The position numbers and the translations under genes were made by a program. 64,000 nt of DNA, taken from the NCBI GenBank assembly GCA_007126035.1, contig SLCC01000022.1, positions 19,777 to 83,776 of the forward strand, in the 5' to 3' direction. Origin of the DNA: Gemmatimonadota bacterium (lineage in GTDB: Bacteria > Gemmatimonadota > Gemmatimonadetes > Longimicrobiales > RSA9). Positions 9,109 through 19,016 of the stretch are shown in pieces (the first letter of the stretch is position 1; each line of letters starts with the position of its first letter). The notes beneath the pieces were generated by a model. That model saw only the letters and a list, made by a program, of their open reading frames with translations, was not told the DNA's origin and ran no database searches.

Positions 9109-10669
9109 GGAGACGTCGAAGAGCGCTGCCGGCTCAGCCCAGTGGGTGGCAGCGGGCATCATGTTGAGCCGTCTCGCGGGCCTGGTCCGGGAGATGGTCT
9201 TTGCCCGGTTCTTCGGCACGTCCATCGCCGCCGACGCGTGGAGCGCGGCGAGCCGCATGCCGAACGTGCTCCAGAACCTGCTGGGCGAAGGCACGCTCAG
9301 CGCCTCGTTCATCCCCCAGTACGCCAAGCTCCTGGAAGAAGGTCGGGAGGAGGACGCGGGGCGGCTGGCCGGTGCCATCTTCGCCCTCCTGCTGGCCCTG
9401 GCCGGAGGGCTGGCGCTCGTGGGAGTCCTGCTGGCGCCGGTCCTGGTCACGATCTTCGCGCCCGGCTTCGATGGTCTCCAGCGGGAGCTCACTGTTCGAC
9501 TGGTCCGCATCGTCTTCCCCATGGCGGGCGTGCTGGTCCTCTCGGCCTGGGCGCTGGGCATCCAGAACAGCCACCGTCGCTTCTTCGTCCCCTACGTGGC
9601 GCCCGTGGTCTGGAACGGGGCGATGGTGGTGGCGCTGCTCATCTGGGGCGGGGTCCTGCCCCAGGATGATCTGGTGATGGTCCTGGGCTTCGGCGCCCTG
9701 ATCGGGGGGCTCTTGCAGTTCCTCATCCAGCTACCGTGGGTTTTGAGGCTGGAGCGCTCGCTGCGGATCGGCTGGGCGCCCGGCATGCGGGAGGTCCGGG
9801 CTACTGTGCGCAATGCCGCCCCAGCTATCCTGGCCCGGGGCGTGGTCCAGCTCAGCAGCTATGTTGACATCATCCTGGGCTCACTGCTCGTGGCCGGATC
9901 AGTGGCAACCCTCCGCTACGGCACCGCTATCTACATACTGCCATTGAGCCTCTTCGGTATGTCCGTGGCGGCGGCCGAGCTCCCGGAGCTGTCGCGGCGG
10001 AGGAACCAGGCCATGGAGGTGCTCCGCCAGCGTGTGGTGAGGTCGCTCCGGCAGATCGGCTTCCTGGTCATACCCTCCGCCATCGGCTACATCGCAATAG
10101 GCAACTACCTGGTCGCCGCCATCTTCCAGCGGGGCGACTTCACCGCTACCGATACGATCTGGGTCCACACCGTCCTCATCTCGTACAGCATCGGGCTCGT
10201 CGCGTCGACGGGGAGCAGATTGTACTCCTCGGCGTATTTCGCCCTGGAAGACACCCGGACACCCGCCAAGTACGCCATCATCCGCGTGGCCTCCGCCGCT
10301 GCCATGGGGGCAACGCTCATGCTGATCGGACGCAACTACGAGTTCGCCGGGGCTCCGCTGGGCGCGGCGGGTCTCGCCCTGGGCTCGGGCCTCGGATCCT
10401 GGATCGAGTGGAACCTGCTGCGCCTGGAGCTGCGCAAGCGTATGGGTAACGTGGTGCCGGCCGCTTCGGTCCTGGCGCGGATGGCGGCGTCGGCAGTGGC
10501 GGCGGCAGCGGCCGGCCTCGGCGTCGCCCACATCCTGCCTGACCTCCCCCACCTGGTGACGGGCGGCGTGGTGCTGGGAGTCTACGGGACCACCTATTTC
10601 GCCGTGGCCACAGCGCTGGGCCTTCCCGAGGTACGTCAGATCATCGGCCGTATCCTGCGGCGCCCCTGA
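9092..10669 (+). CDS. murJ: Lipid II flippase MurJ (MviN)
   Basis: A polytopic membrane protein with the MurJ N-terminal pattern (IMLSRLAGLVREMVFARFFGTS...DAW..A.R.PN.L..LLGEGTLSASFIP). The start is taken as GTG 9092. The track start 8960 is an extension. Confidence 0.8.
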   Translation: MAKVTEETSKSAAGSAQWVAAGIMLSRLAGLVREMVFARFFGTSIAADAWSAASRMPNVLQNLLGEGTLSASFIPQYAKLLEEGREEDAGRLAGAIFALLLALAGGLALVGVLLAPVLVTIFAPGFDGLQRELTVRLVRIVFPMAGVLVLSAWALGIQNSHRRFFVPYVAPVVWNGAMVVALLIWGGVLPQDDLVMVLGFGALIGGLLQFLIQLPWVLRLERSLRIGWAPGMREVRATVRNAAPAILARGVVQLSSYVDIILGSLLVAGSVATLRYGTAIYILPLSLFGMSVAAAELPELSRRRNQAMEVLRQRVVRSLRQIGFLVIPSAIGYIAIGNYLVAAIFQRGDFTATDTIWVHTVLISYSIGLVASTGSRLYSSAYFALEDTRTPAKYAIIRVASAAAMGATLMLIGRNYEFAGAPLGAAGLALGSGLGSWIEWNLLRLELRKRMGNVVPAASVLARMAASAVAAAAAGLGVAHILPDLPHLVTGGVVLGVYGTTYFAVATALGLPEVRQIIGRILRRP

Positions 10670-10729
10670 GGGAAACGCCACGCCGCTGAAGGGTAGACAG
10701 GAGCGAGAATTCACCAGGGGCGCCGTGCG

Positions 10730-12568
10730 TTGGAGAGGAACCTGGATCGAAAGCTGAAGCACCTGCCCACGCGGCCGGGAGTCTACCTGTTCAGGGACGC
10801 CGGCGGCGAGATCCTCTATATCGGTAAGGCCAAGTCCCTCCGGTCCCGGGTCCGGGGCCATTTCACTCAGGACACATCGCATTCGATCAAGCAGCAGGAG
10901 CTGGTGCGGCGGGTGGCGGATGTGGAGACGGTGGTGGTGGACAGCGAGGCGGAGGCGCTGCTGCTCGAGGCCAATCTCGTGAAAGCGCACCAGCCCCGGT
11001 TCAACATCCGGCTGAAGGACGACAAGCGTTACCCGTACATCAAGGTGACGGTGCAGGAGCCGTTTCCCAGGGTCTTCGTGACGCGGCAGGTGGAGAACGA
11101 CGGGTCCCGGTACTTCGGCCCCTACACCGAGGTGGGGGCCATGCGCCTGGCGCTCGAGGTGGTGAAGCGGGCCTACACGGTGCGGAGCTGCCGTTACGAC
11201 CTGCCAGATGAGAGCCCGGACCGCCCGTGCCTGGACTATCACATCGGGAGGTGTCTGGCCCCGTGCGCAGGGCTCCAGTCAGAGGACGACTATCGCGGCA
11301 TGGTCGACGAGGTCCTCCAGGTGCTGGGAGGAGACGTCGACGTGGTCCGGGCAAGGGTGAGTCGGGAGCTGACGGATCGGGTGGAGAGCCTGGATTTCGA
11401 GCGGGCCGCCGTCCTCAGGGACACGCTGGTGGGTCTGGACGCCTTGGAGCGGCGCCAGAGGGCTCTGGACGTCAAGGGGGGAGACCAGGACGTCATCGGC
11501 GTCGCTCGGGACGGTGATCACGCCACCGGCGTGCTGCTCCGCATCCGTCGCGGCAAGCTCCTGGGCAGGGAGGTCCATCATTTCACGAACCTGGAGCTGG
11601 AGGCGGAGGCGGCGGTTTTGGGCACGGTGGCTACCCAGTTCTATCTGGGCCGTGGCGACGAAGGTCTTCTCGACCTGCCTCGTGAGGTCCTGCTCCCCGG
11701 TGAGTTCGAGGATCGACAGCTGCTGGAGAGCCTCCTCGCGGAGGAGACGGGGCGCCGGGTCCGCCTCCCGGTGCCGCGCCGGGGTGAGAAGCGGCGCCTC
11801 GTGGAGCTGGCGGCTCAGAACGCCCGCCATATGCTGGAGGAACGGACTGTCCTCGAAGAGTCGGCTCGGGGGCGGGCCGACGACGTGCTCTATGACCTGC
11901 AAGAGGTGCTGGAGCTGAAGGTGGTACCGCGCCTCATAGCCTGCTTCGACATCTCCCACACCCAGGGCAAGGAGGTGGTGGGGAGCGCGGTGGTGTTCGA
12001 GAACGGCGAGCCCCAGAAGAGCGGGTATCGCCGGTTCAGGATCCGTGGCGGCTGGGGCAACGATGATCTCCGCTCCATGCGAGAAGTGGTCTACCGCTAC
12101 TTCCGGCGGCGCCTGGAGGAGGAGCTGCCCCTGCCCGAGCTGGCAGTGATCGACGGCGGTAGAGGGCAGCTGACGGCCGCCCGCGCAGGGCTGGCCGATG
12201 CCGGCGCTAACGACACCACCGTATGCGCGCTGGCGAAGCGGGAAGAAGAGATCCACCTGGAGGACCGTTCCCAGCCGCTGCGGCTGGGTCGGACACACCC
12301 CGGGCTGCGACTGCTCCAGAGGGCACGGAACGAGGCGCATCGCTTCGCCCACTCCTACAACGTGAAGCTCCGGCGACAGCGGACTCTGACCAGCGCCCTC
12401 GCCGACATCCCGGGCGTAGGCCCCGCCCGGCAACGGAAGCTCCTGGCGCGGTTCGGCAGCGTGCGTGCTCTGCGAGCCGCCTCCGCCGTGGAGATGGCGT
12501 CGGTCCCGGGCATCTCCGACCAGCTGGCCCGGCGGATCGTCGCACACCTGGCAGGAGAGGACCAGTAG
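10730..12568 (+). CDS. uvrC: Excinuclease ABC subunit C UvrC
   Basis: It has an N-terminal GIY-YIG domain (GVYLFRDAGGEILYIGKAKSLRSRV), a UVR domain, an endonuclease domain and a C-terminal (HhH)2 (IPGVGPARQRKLLARFGS). It is 612 aa with a TTG start. Confidence 0.9.
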   Translation: MERNLDRKLKHLPTRPGVYLFRDAGGEILYIGKAKSLRSRVRGHFTQDTSHSIKQQELVRRVADVETVVVDSEAEALLLEANLVKAHQPRFNIRLKDDKRYPYIKVTVQEPFPRVFVTRQVENDGSRYFGPYTEVGAMRLALEVVKRAYTVRSCRYDLPDESPDRPCLDYHIGRCLAPCAGLQSEDDYRGMVDEVLQVLGGDVDVVRARVSRELTDRVESLDFERAAVLRDTLVGLDALERRQRALDVKGGDQDVIGVARDGDHATGVLLRIRRGKLLGREVHHFTNLELEAEAAVLGTVATQFYLGRGDEGLLDLPREVLLPGEFEDRQLLESLLAEETGRRVRLPVPRRGEKRRLVELAAQNARHMLEERTVLEESARGRADDVLYDLQEVLELKVVPRLIACFDISHTQGKEVVGSAVVFENGEPQKSGYRRFRIRGGWGNDDLRSMREVVYRYFRRRLEEELPLPELAVIDGGRGQLTAARAGLADAGANDTTVCALAKREEEIHLEDRSQPLRLGRTHPGLRLLQRARNEAHRFAHSYNVKLRRQRTLTSALADIPGVGPARQRKLLARFGSVRALRAASAVEMASVPGISDQLARRIVAHLAGEDQ

Positions 12569-12628
12569 CTGGGTCACGAGCGGATTCCACCAGAGCCGCC
12601 GCGGCGGAGATGAACGGCGGTCGGCAGT

Positions 12629-12663
12629 TTGACCCGGGTACGGCACCGGGCGTATTATACAAT
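12629..12663 (+). promoter_or_regulatory. Candidate sigma-70-type promoter giving a leaderless or near-leaderless larC mRNA
   Basis: TTGACC (12629..12634), an 18-nt spacer, then TATTAT (12653..12658), overlapping TACAAT (12658..12663). The AT-rich patch stands out against the GC-rich background. The larC ATG is at 12668 and has no Shine-Dalgarno sequence. Confidence 0.3.
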
Positions 12664-12667
12664 ACTT

Positions 12668-13837
12668 ATGGAGCGCCCCGATGACGTTGACGCGCGCAGC
12701 CTGATCTTCGACCCCTTTGCGGGCATCAGTGGCGACATGATCGTGGCCGCGCTGATCGACCTGGGTCTGCCGGAAGGCTGGCTGCGTGAATCCGTCGCGG
12801 CCCTTGGCCTGGGCGTGGAAGTGACGGTGGAACGCGTTGATCGGAACGGCATCGACTGTCACCGCGTGCAGTTCGATGTGGGCCGGGATGCTACCCACCG
12901 CTACTTGCCCGACGTGCTGGAGATCATCGATTCCAGCAGCGCTCCCGAGTCGGTCCGGGCCCGGGCCGGCGAGGTGTTCAACAGGCTGGCCGAGGCCGAG
13001 GCGGCGGTGCACGGCATACCGGCGGAGCGGGTCCATTTCCACGAGGTCGGCGCGCTGGATTCCATACTGGACGTGTTGTGCAGCGTGGGCGGTATCGAGG
13101 AGATGGGGTTCGCCCGGTGTTACACCCGGCCGGTGGCAGTGGGCACGGGCACGGCGAGTATGGCCCACGGCGAATACCCTCTGCCGACGCCGGCGACGGC
13201 GCGGTTGCTCGAGGGGCTCACGGTCAGGGAGACGGGCTACACCGGGGAATGCACCACGCCCACGGGCGCCGCCATCCTCGCCACTGTTACCGGAGGAGTG
13301 GCGCCGCCGGCGGAGGTCGTATATGGTCGAAGCGGGTTCGGCGCAGGCTCTCGCAATCCGACCGGGCGCCCGAACTGTCTCCGGCTGATCTCCTGCTCCG
13401 TGGCGGAGAGGCCTGTCCGCCTGTATCTGGTACAGGCGGACATAGACGACCTGGCACCTGAATACGTGGCGGCGGCGCGGGAATCCCTGGTAGAGGCGGG
13501 TGCGGTGGACGTGACACTGGCGCGCATCGACATGAAGAAGGGTCGTCCGGGTGTCCGGCTCGAGGCGCTGGTACCGGCGGCGTCACTGTCATCGGTGACC
13601 GACGAGTTCTTCATCGGAACCCGCACGATAGGTGTTCGGTACTGGGAGGTGGACCGGGCCGTCCTCGAGCGGGAAGAGGAGGTAGTGGAGTGGCGTGGGG
13701 AGCGGATCCGGCGCAAGCGGGTAAGATTGCCGGACGGTAGTACGAGAGCGAAGCCGGAATTCGATGATGTAGTGGCTGCGGCTCGTGCGCACGGAATCGC
13801 GCCTCACGAGGTGCGAGCGGAGTTGGACGGTGGCTGA
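12668..13837 (+). CDS. larC: Nickel-pincer cofactor biosynthesis protein LarC (DUF111 family)
   Basis: The N-terminal signature FDPFAGISGDMIVAALIDLGLP, then HFHEVGALDSILDV and CTTPTGAAIL, are typical of LarC/DUF111. The start is taken at ATG 12668. Confidence 0.8.
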   Translation: MERPDDVDARSLIFDPFAGISGDMIVAALIDLGLPEGWLRESVAALGLGVEVTVERVDRNGIDCHRVQFDVGRDATHRYLPDVLEIIDSSSAPESVRARAGEVFNRLAEAEAAVHGIPAERVHFHEVGALDSILDVLCSVGGIEEMGFARCYTRPVAVGTGTASMAHGEYPLPTPATARLLEGLTVRETGYTGECTTPTGAAILATVTGGVAPPAEVVYGRSGFGAGSRNPTGRPNCLRLISCSVAERPVRLYLVQADIDDLAPEYVAAARESLVEAGAVDVTLARIDMKKGRPGVRLEALVPAASLSSVTDEFFIGTRTIGVRYWEVDRAVLEREEEVVEWRGERIRRKRVRLPDGSTRAKPEFDDVVAAARAHGIAPHEVRAELDGG

Positions 13838-13878
13838 ACGGTCATCGCAAGATCGACAGACGAAGGAGACTTGAGTCC

Positions 13879-15393
13879 ATGATCAGTGGAAGGAAAGTGA
13901 TGGCGCGGGGAACCGGGCTCATCCTGGCATTCAGCGTGACCGTCCTGACAGCGTGTGCGACCGCCGCTCCGGGTGAGCCCGGGGAGGTCGGCGAGCGGCC
14001 CAGAGACGATGCGGACACCCGTGCCGCGAGCGTGGCCATCGTGCAGGCGTCGCTACAGGAGGGCGAGGAAGCACGGGCCCTGTTCGAGAATGCCCTGCAG
14101 CGGGGTCTGGCCGCAATCGAGCGGGACCCGACGAATCCGCGGGCCTACCTGATCACCGGTCAGGCGGCGGTGGGCACCGGCGACTGGGTGAAGGCGGATA
14201 CGATGTTCACCCACGCGGTGGAGTTGCATCCCCGTTTCGAGGACCAGGTCGAGGCTGAGCGTGAGGACGGCTGGGCGACGGCCTACAACCTGGGCGCCCA
14301 GGCGCTGAGCGAGGAAGAGGTAGAGCAGGCCCTGGAGTACTTCCGGGGTGCGGACATCCTTTACCAGGAGCGTCCGGAGGCACGTCTGGCGTTGGGCCTC
14401 CTGCACGCGCAGCTGGGAGACACGGATGAGGCCATCGGGTTCTATCGCGGGGCCCTGGAGATCCTGGATCGTGGCCCCCCGGCGAGCATAGCAGAAGACG
14501 AGGAGCAGTTGGAGGGCTGGGCGCAGGATCGTCAAATAGCCACGTTCAACCTGGCGAACCTGTTGGCCCAGGCTGATCGCTTCGGTGATGCGGCAGATGT
14601 GCTGGGTGAGTTCCTGGCCCAGGCCGCGCCGACGCTGGAAGCGGACGTAGCCATGCAGGCCTTGTCCGCGCAGGCCACCTTCCTGGCCCAGGCCGACAGG
14701 GCAGACGAGGCGGAGGCCCTTTACGAGGAGCTGCTGGCCAGGCCGGACCTGGGGGCCATGGAGTACTTCCAGATCGGGGTGGGGTTGTTCAATGCGAGCG
14801 AGTACGAGCGGGCGGCAGAGGCCTTCGCCAACTCGGCCAAGCTGAACCCGTATTCCCGGGACGCGTACCTGAACCTGGTCCAGTCTCTCTTCTCGGCGGC
14901 CGCCGAGCTCGAGCTGGAGCCTGCGTCGCCACAGCGTGATGAGCAGCTCAGGGACCTCTACAGCCAACTGCTGGAGGCGACGGACCGGGTGGAGGAGTTC
15001 GACCCGCTGAACCGGAACCTGATGCGGTTCACGCTGCGGGCGTACCGGACCAAGATGGACCTGGTCCCGGAGGCCGAGGCGCAGCGGATGGCTCAGCACG
15101 TCCAGGGCCTGGTACGGGCGTACGAGGAGCAGGAGTTCGAGGTGAACGACATCACCATGAACTTCGAGGAGGAGGACCGGGCCCGGGTCACCGGGGTGTT
15201 CACCAACCTGAACGGCACGCCTGGCGAGCGGGTAACGATCCGGTTCGAGGTCCTGGACAACAGGGGCAATGCCATCGACACGGCCAGCACTGAGGTGACG
15301 GTGCCGCAGGTGGAGGAGTCGGTCCAGTTCTCGTTCACCGTGGACCCGTCCCGTGGTGAATTCTCCGGCTGGAAGTACGAGCTGGTTCGCTGA
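13879..15393 (+). CDS. TPR-repeat lipoprotein
   Basis: It has a signal peptide with a lipobox-like LTAC (GLILAFSVTVLTACAT), helical TPR-like repeats through most of the 504 aa, and a C-terminal beta-rich segment. An AAGGAG Shine-Dalgarno sequence lies about 9 nt upstream of the ATG. Confidence 0.7.
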   Translation: MISGRKVMARGTGLILAFSVTVLTACATAAPGEPGEVGERPRDDADTRAASVAIVQASLQEGEEARALFENALQRGLAAIERDPTNPRAYLITGQAAVGTGDWVKADTMFTHAVELHPRFEDQVEAEREDGWATAYNLGAQALSEEEVEQALEYFRGADILYQERPEARLALGLLHAQLGDTDEAIGFYRGALEILDRGPPASIAEDEEQLEGWAQDRQIATFNLANLLAQADRFGDAADVLGEFLAQAAPTLEADVAMQALSAQATFLAQADRADEAEALYEELLARPDLGAMEYFQIGVGLFNASEYERAAEAFANSAKLNPYSRDAYLNLVQSLFSAAAELELEPASPQRDEQLRDLYSQLLEATDRVEEFDPLNRNLMRFTLRAYRTKMDLVPEAEAQRMAQHVQGLVRAYEEQEFEVNDITMNFEEEDRARVTGVFTNLNGTPGERVTIRFEVLDNRGNAIDTASTEVTVPQVEESVQFSFTVDPSRGEFSGWKYELVR

Positions 15394-15519
15394 GTCGCTC
15401 GGGCCGGACATGAGAGGGGCGCCGTCACCTGCGGGTGGCGGTGCCTCTTCGCACGAGGGGCGTACGCTTCTTGCACGGCACCACAGGAGAGACAACAACT
15501 CGACAGTGAGCGGAGCCCC

Positions 15520-16128
15520 ATGAACGGATGTCCCGAATGCGGCACTATGCTAGCCGAGGGCGTCGCCACCTGTCCCGGTTGTGGCTATGAGGCGCGGGAG
15601 GAGACGACGACCTGCCCCAGGTGTAAGGAGACCATCGCCGCTGATGCTGATGCGTGCCGCGCCTGCGGCCACCTGCTCATCGATGCCACCTGCGACCGCC
15701 ACCCGGACCGCCCAGCGCCAGGGCAGTGTGCCCTCTGTGGGACCGCACTCTGTACCGAATGCGAGTCTGGTGATGGCGCCTATCACAAGTGCCGAGACCA
15801 CGCCGCTGTCCCGATCATCGAGGGCTGGAGCCAGGTCCTGAGTCTGGCCGACGAGGTCGAGGCCCAACTGATCGAGGACAACCTGCGAGCGGAAGGTGTG
15901 GATGCGCGGGTCATGTCCCAGAAGGACCACCTGGCTTTTCCTGTGGACCTGGGAGACCTGGCGGTGGTGCGGATCCTCGTTCCCACCTACGCCTACGAGG
16001 AGGCCAGGCGGATGATCGCATCGCACCAGGATTCCGTGGGCGAGGTGAGCTTCGGTTGCCCTCGCTGTGGTGAGCCGTATTCGGAAGGTGTCAGCGTGTG
16101 CGGGGCCTGTGGTGAGGCGCTGTTCTGA
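15520..16128 (+). CDS. Multi-zinc-ribbon protein with central DUF2007-like domain
   Basis: Three CxxC...CxxC ribbons are present (CPECG..CPGCG; CPRCK..CRACG; C-terminal CPRCG..CGACG), plus a Cys/His-rich block (CALCGTALCTEC...HKCRDH). A middle segment (VEAQLIEDNLRAEGVDARV...RILVP..YEEARRMI) resembles DUF2007. Confidence 0.6.
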   Translation: MNGCPECGTMLAEGVATCPGCGYEAREETTTCPRCKETIAADADACRACGHLLIDATCDRHPDRPAPGQCALCGTALCTECESGDGAYHKCRDHAAVPIIEGWSQVLSLADEVEAQLIEDNLRAEGVDARVMSQKDHLAFPVDLGDLAVVRILVPTYAYEEARRMIASHQDSVGEVSFGCPRCGEPYSEGVSVCGACGEALF

Positions 16129-16416
16129 GGCTGTTCACCTGTTTTGAGTGGGGCCCGGTGGGCCAGAACCTGACAGGACCTTCCCCAGAGTTAGCGGATG
16201 AGTGGAAGTGGAATTGGGGGTCATTCGGCTGAGGGTCGGCGTCAGAACGTCAACACCGTGACACGGAGGTGTCGGAGGTTTCTGAGGGGTCGGAGGACAC
16301 CGCTCATCGAACCTGACGGTTGAGCGGGTCCGGCTGGGTGGTTATGTTTCGCCTTGCGTCGACACTCGATTCAGCAGTGGAAGGGCGGTCCGCGGGCCGC
16401 CCTTCGCTGTGAGGGG

Positions 16417-17697
16417 ATGATGGTCCGAATCGCAGAGATCCTTCCTGACAGCATTGCTGATGAGCTGCACCTCCGGATCGGTAGCCGGATCGTGCGGATC
16501 AACGGTGAGCCTGTCCGGGACCTGATCGACCTACGCTTCCTGGAAGCGGATGGTCGGTTGGAGCTGGAGGTGCTGGACCTGGCCGGCGATTCCGAGCTGT
16601 ACGAGATCGAGAAGGACCCTGGCGCTGGGCTGGGCGTGGTGACCGTGCCGGACGCGGTAAGGGAGTGCGCCAACAAGTGCGTGTTCTGTTTCATTGATGG
16701 CAACCCGCCCACAGCCCGGCAATCCCTTCACCTCCGGGACGACGACTTCCGACTGTCCTTCACCTACGGCGCCTACGTCACGCTGACGAACCTGGGTCCG
16801 CGAGGGTTTCAACGGCTGATCGACCAGAAGCTGTCTCCCCTGTACGTGAGCGTGCATGCGACGGACCCGGACGTGCGGATGCGGCTGCTCGGCGTGCCGC
16901 GCGGCGGCGACATCATGGAGCGGCTGGAGCTTCTAGTGACCGCAGGGATCGAGGTCCACACCCAGGCGGTGCTCTGTCCCGGCTGGAACGACGGGCCGGA
17001 GCTGGAGCGCACGATCGACGATCTCTGGAGCCTGGGCCCGAGCGTCCTGTCGCTGGCGGTGGTCCCTGTGGGCCTGACCCGTTACAACGTGGACCGCCCG
17101 GTCCGTCTGCTACGGCCCGAGGAGGGGCGGCAGGCGATCGCTCAGGTCGAGGCGGCGCGGCGCCGAGCGGTTGCGCAGAGGGGGGCGGGCTGGGCATACG
17201 CCGCTGATGAGCTGTTCCTGCTGGCGGGTGAGACGGTGCCCGACAGCGGATACTACGACGACTGGCCGCTCACGGAGAACGGCGTGGGCGCTGTCCGCTC
17301 GTTCCTGGAGGACGTGGCCGATATCCTGCGCGACCCGCCGGACCTGAAGGGGAAGCGCATCGGCCTGGTGACCGGCACCCGGATGGGCGAGGTCATGTCT
17401 GGCGCACTGCCTCGTATCTCGGCGGCCACGGGAGGGGAGCTGACATTGATCCCCGTGAGGAACGGGATGTTCGGGGCGACCGTCACCACGGCGGGTTTAC
17501 TTCCTGGTGCAGGCGTGCTGGCGGCGATCCGTGCGCTGGAGGCCGGGACCCAGCTCGACGCAGTGCTGATCCCCGGGGAGTCGCTGAACGACGACGACCT
17601 GTTCATCGACAGTATGGGGCTCGACGAGCTGGTGGCGGGGGTGACCGGTCCAGTGATACCGGCTCACTACCTGAGTGAAGCACTGGAGTGTCTGTGA
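16417..17697 (+). CDS. DUF512 protein (PDZ + radical-SAM-like fold)
   Basis: A PDZ-like N-terminus (IRIGSRIVRINGEPVRDLIDL) is followed by CANKCVFCFID and SPLYVSVHATDP motifs, as in the DUF512 family commonly found upstream of der. The start is taken at ATG 16417. Confidence 0.7.
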   Translation: MMVRIAEILPDSIADELHLRIGSRIVRINGEPVRDLIDLRFLEADGRLELEVLDLAGDSELYEIEKDPGAGLGVVTVPDAVRECANKCVFCFIDGNPPTARQSLHLRDDDFRLSFTYGAYVTLTNLGPRGFQRLIDQKLSPLYVSVHATDPDVRMRLLGVPRGGDIMERLELLVTAGIEVHTQAVLCPGWNDGPELERTIDDLWSLGPSVLSLAVVPVGLTRYNVDRPVRLLRPEEGRQAIAQVEAARRRAVAQRGAGWAYAADELFLLAGETVPDSGYYDDWPLTENGVGAVRSFLEDVADILRDPPDLKGKRIGLVTGTRMGEVMSGALPRISAATGGELTLIPVRNGMFGATVTTAGLLPGAGVLAAIRALEAGTQLDAVLIPGESLNDDDLFIDSMGLDELVAGVTGPVIPAHYLSEALECL

Positions 17698-19016
17698 GCC
17701 GCTCCCTCCCTTTCGTGGCCGTGGTCGGGCGGCCCAACGTGGGCAAGTCCACATTCTTCAACCGTGTGATCGGTCGTCGTGTGGCCATCGTCCAGGATGT
17801 GCCGGGCGTGACCCGTGATCGGAACTTCGCCCGGGCGGAGTGGGCGGGTCGGGAATTCTACGTGATCGACACCGGCGGCCTGGAAGTGGACGTGAATGAG
17901 CCCATGGCTGTAGCTGTCCGTCGCCAGGTGGAGATGGCCGTGGAGGAGGCGCAGGTGGTGATCTTCCTGGTGGATGCCAAGGCGGGCGTCCAGCCGTTGG
18001 ACCAGAAGATCGCTGACCTGCTCCGGAAGAGGCGGGTGCCTGTGGTACTGGTGGTGAACAAGATGGACAACCTGCCTCACGACCTGTCCCACCTGGACTT
18101 CTGGGAGCTGGGTCTGGGAGAGCCGCAGCCGGTGAGCGCGCTGTCTGGCAAGGGTTCTGGCGATGTGCTGGACGCCATCGTGGAGCACCTGCCGGAGGCG
18201 GAAGAGCCGCCGGAGGAAGCCATCTCGGTGGCTGTGGTGGGCAAGCCCAACGTGGGCAAGTCGAGCTTCATCAACCGGTTGCTGGGCGAGGAGCGGCTGG
18301 TGGTGAGCGAGGTGGCAGGAACCACCCGGGACAGCATCGATACCCCGATGCGCTATCACGGCCGGTCACTGGTGTTCGTGGACACGGCGGGCCTGCGGCG
18401 ACAGTCGAGGATCCACGAGAGCCTGGAATACTACAGTGCCCTGCGTACCGAGCGGGCGGTCTCCCGTGCCGACGTGAGCCTGCTGCTGGTGGACGCCACG
18501 GAGCCGGTGCATGTGCAGGACCTGAAGATCGCGGAGAAGGCGTGGTCCGCCGGCAGTGGGCTGATCATCGTCGTGAACAAGTGGGACTTGGTGCCGAAGG
18601 ACACCATGACAGCGCCTGAGTTCGAGAGGCACCTGCGGGAGCGGGCGCCGTCGCTGCGTTGGGTCCCAATCATATTCGCCTCGGCCTTGACCGGCCAGCG
18701 GGTCCAGAAGACCTTGGACCTGGTGCTCCAGGTGTCTGACGAGCGGGCCAGGCGCGTCCCCACGGCGGAAGTGAACGAGGTGCTGCGCGAACTGGCGGAG
18801 CGGCAACCGCCGCCGCATTATCGGGGCAGACCGGTACGGCTGCTGTACGCCACACAGGGTGGGGTGAAGCCGCCCACCATCGTGATCTTCGTTAACTACA
18901 GGCACGGCGTGACGGAGAACTATAAGCGGTACCTCTACAACGGGCTCCGGGCCCGATGGGGATTTATCGGGTCGCCGTTGCGGCTGAAGTTACGCAGTCG
19001 CCGAGAGGAGAGATGA
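17688..19016 (+). CDS. der: Ribosome-associated GTPase Der (EngA)
   Basis: It has two tandem GTPase domains (GRPNVGKSTFFN ... DTGG; GKPNVGKSSFIN ... DTAG ... NKWD) and a KH-like C-terminus. It is 442 aa. Confidence 0.9.
   Translation: MSVSRSLPFVAVVGRPNVGKSTFFNRVIGRRVAIVQDVPGVTRDRNFARAEWAGREFYVIDTGGLEVDVNEPMAVAVRRQVEMAVEEAQVVIFLVDAKAGVQPLDQKIADLLRKRRVPVVLVVNKMDNLPHDLSHLDFWELGLGEPQPVSALSGKGSGDVLDAIVEHLPEAEEPPEEAISVAVVGKPNVGKSSFINRLLGEERLVVSEVAGTTRDSIDTPMRYHGRSLVFVDTAGLRRQSRIHESLEYYSALRTERAVSRADVSLLLVDATEPVHVQDLKIAEKAWSAGSGLIIVVNKWDLVPKDTMTAPEFERHLRERAPSLRWVPIIFASALTGQRVQKTLDLVLQVSDERARRVPTAEVNEVLRELAERQPPPHYRGRPVRLLYATQGGVKPPTIVIFVNYRHGVTENYKRYLYNGLRARWGFIGSPLRLKLRSRREER

Noticed and set aside
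9899-15498. Minus-strand ORFs 9899..11242 (447 aa), 11279..13168 (629 aa) and 14053..15498 (481 aa)
   Set aside because: They lie antisense to murJ/uvrC, uvrC/larC and the TPR lipoprotein. Their composition is Arg/His/Pro/Gln-rich and non-protein-like. They span several unrelated well-supported genes.
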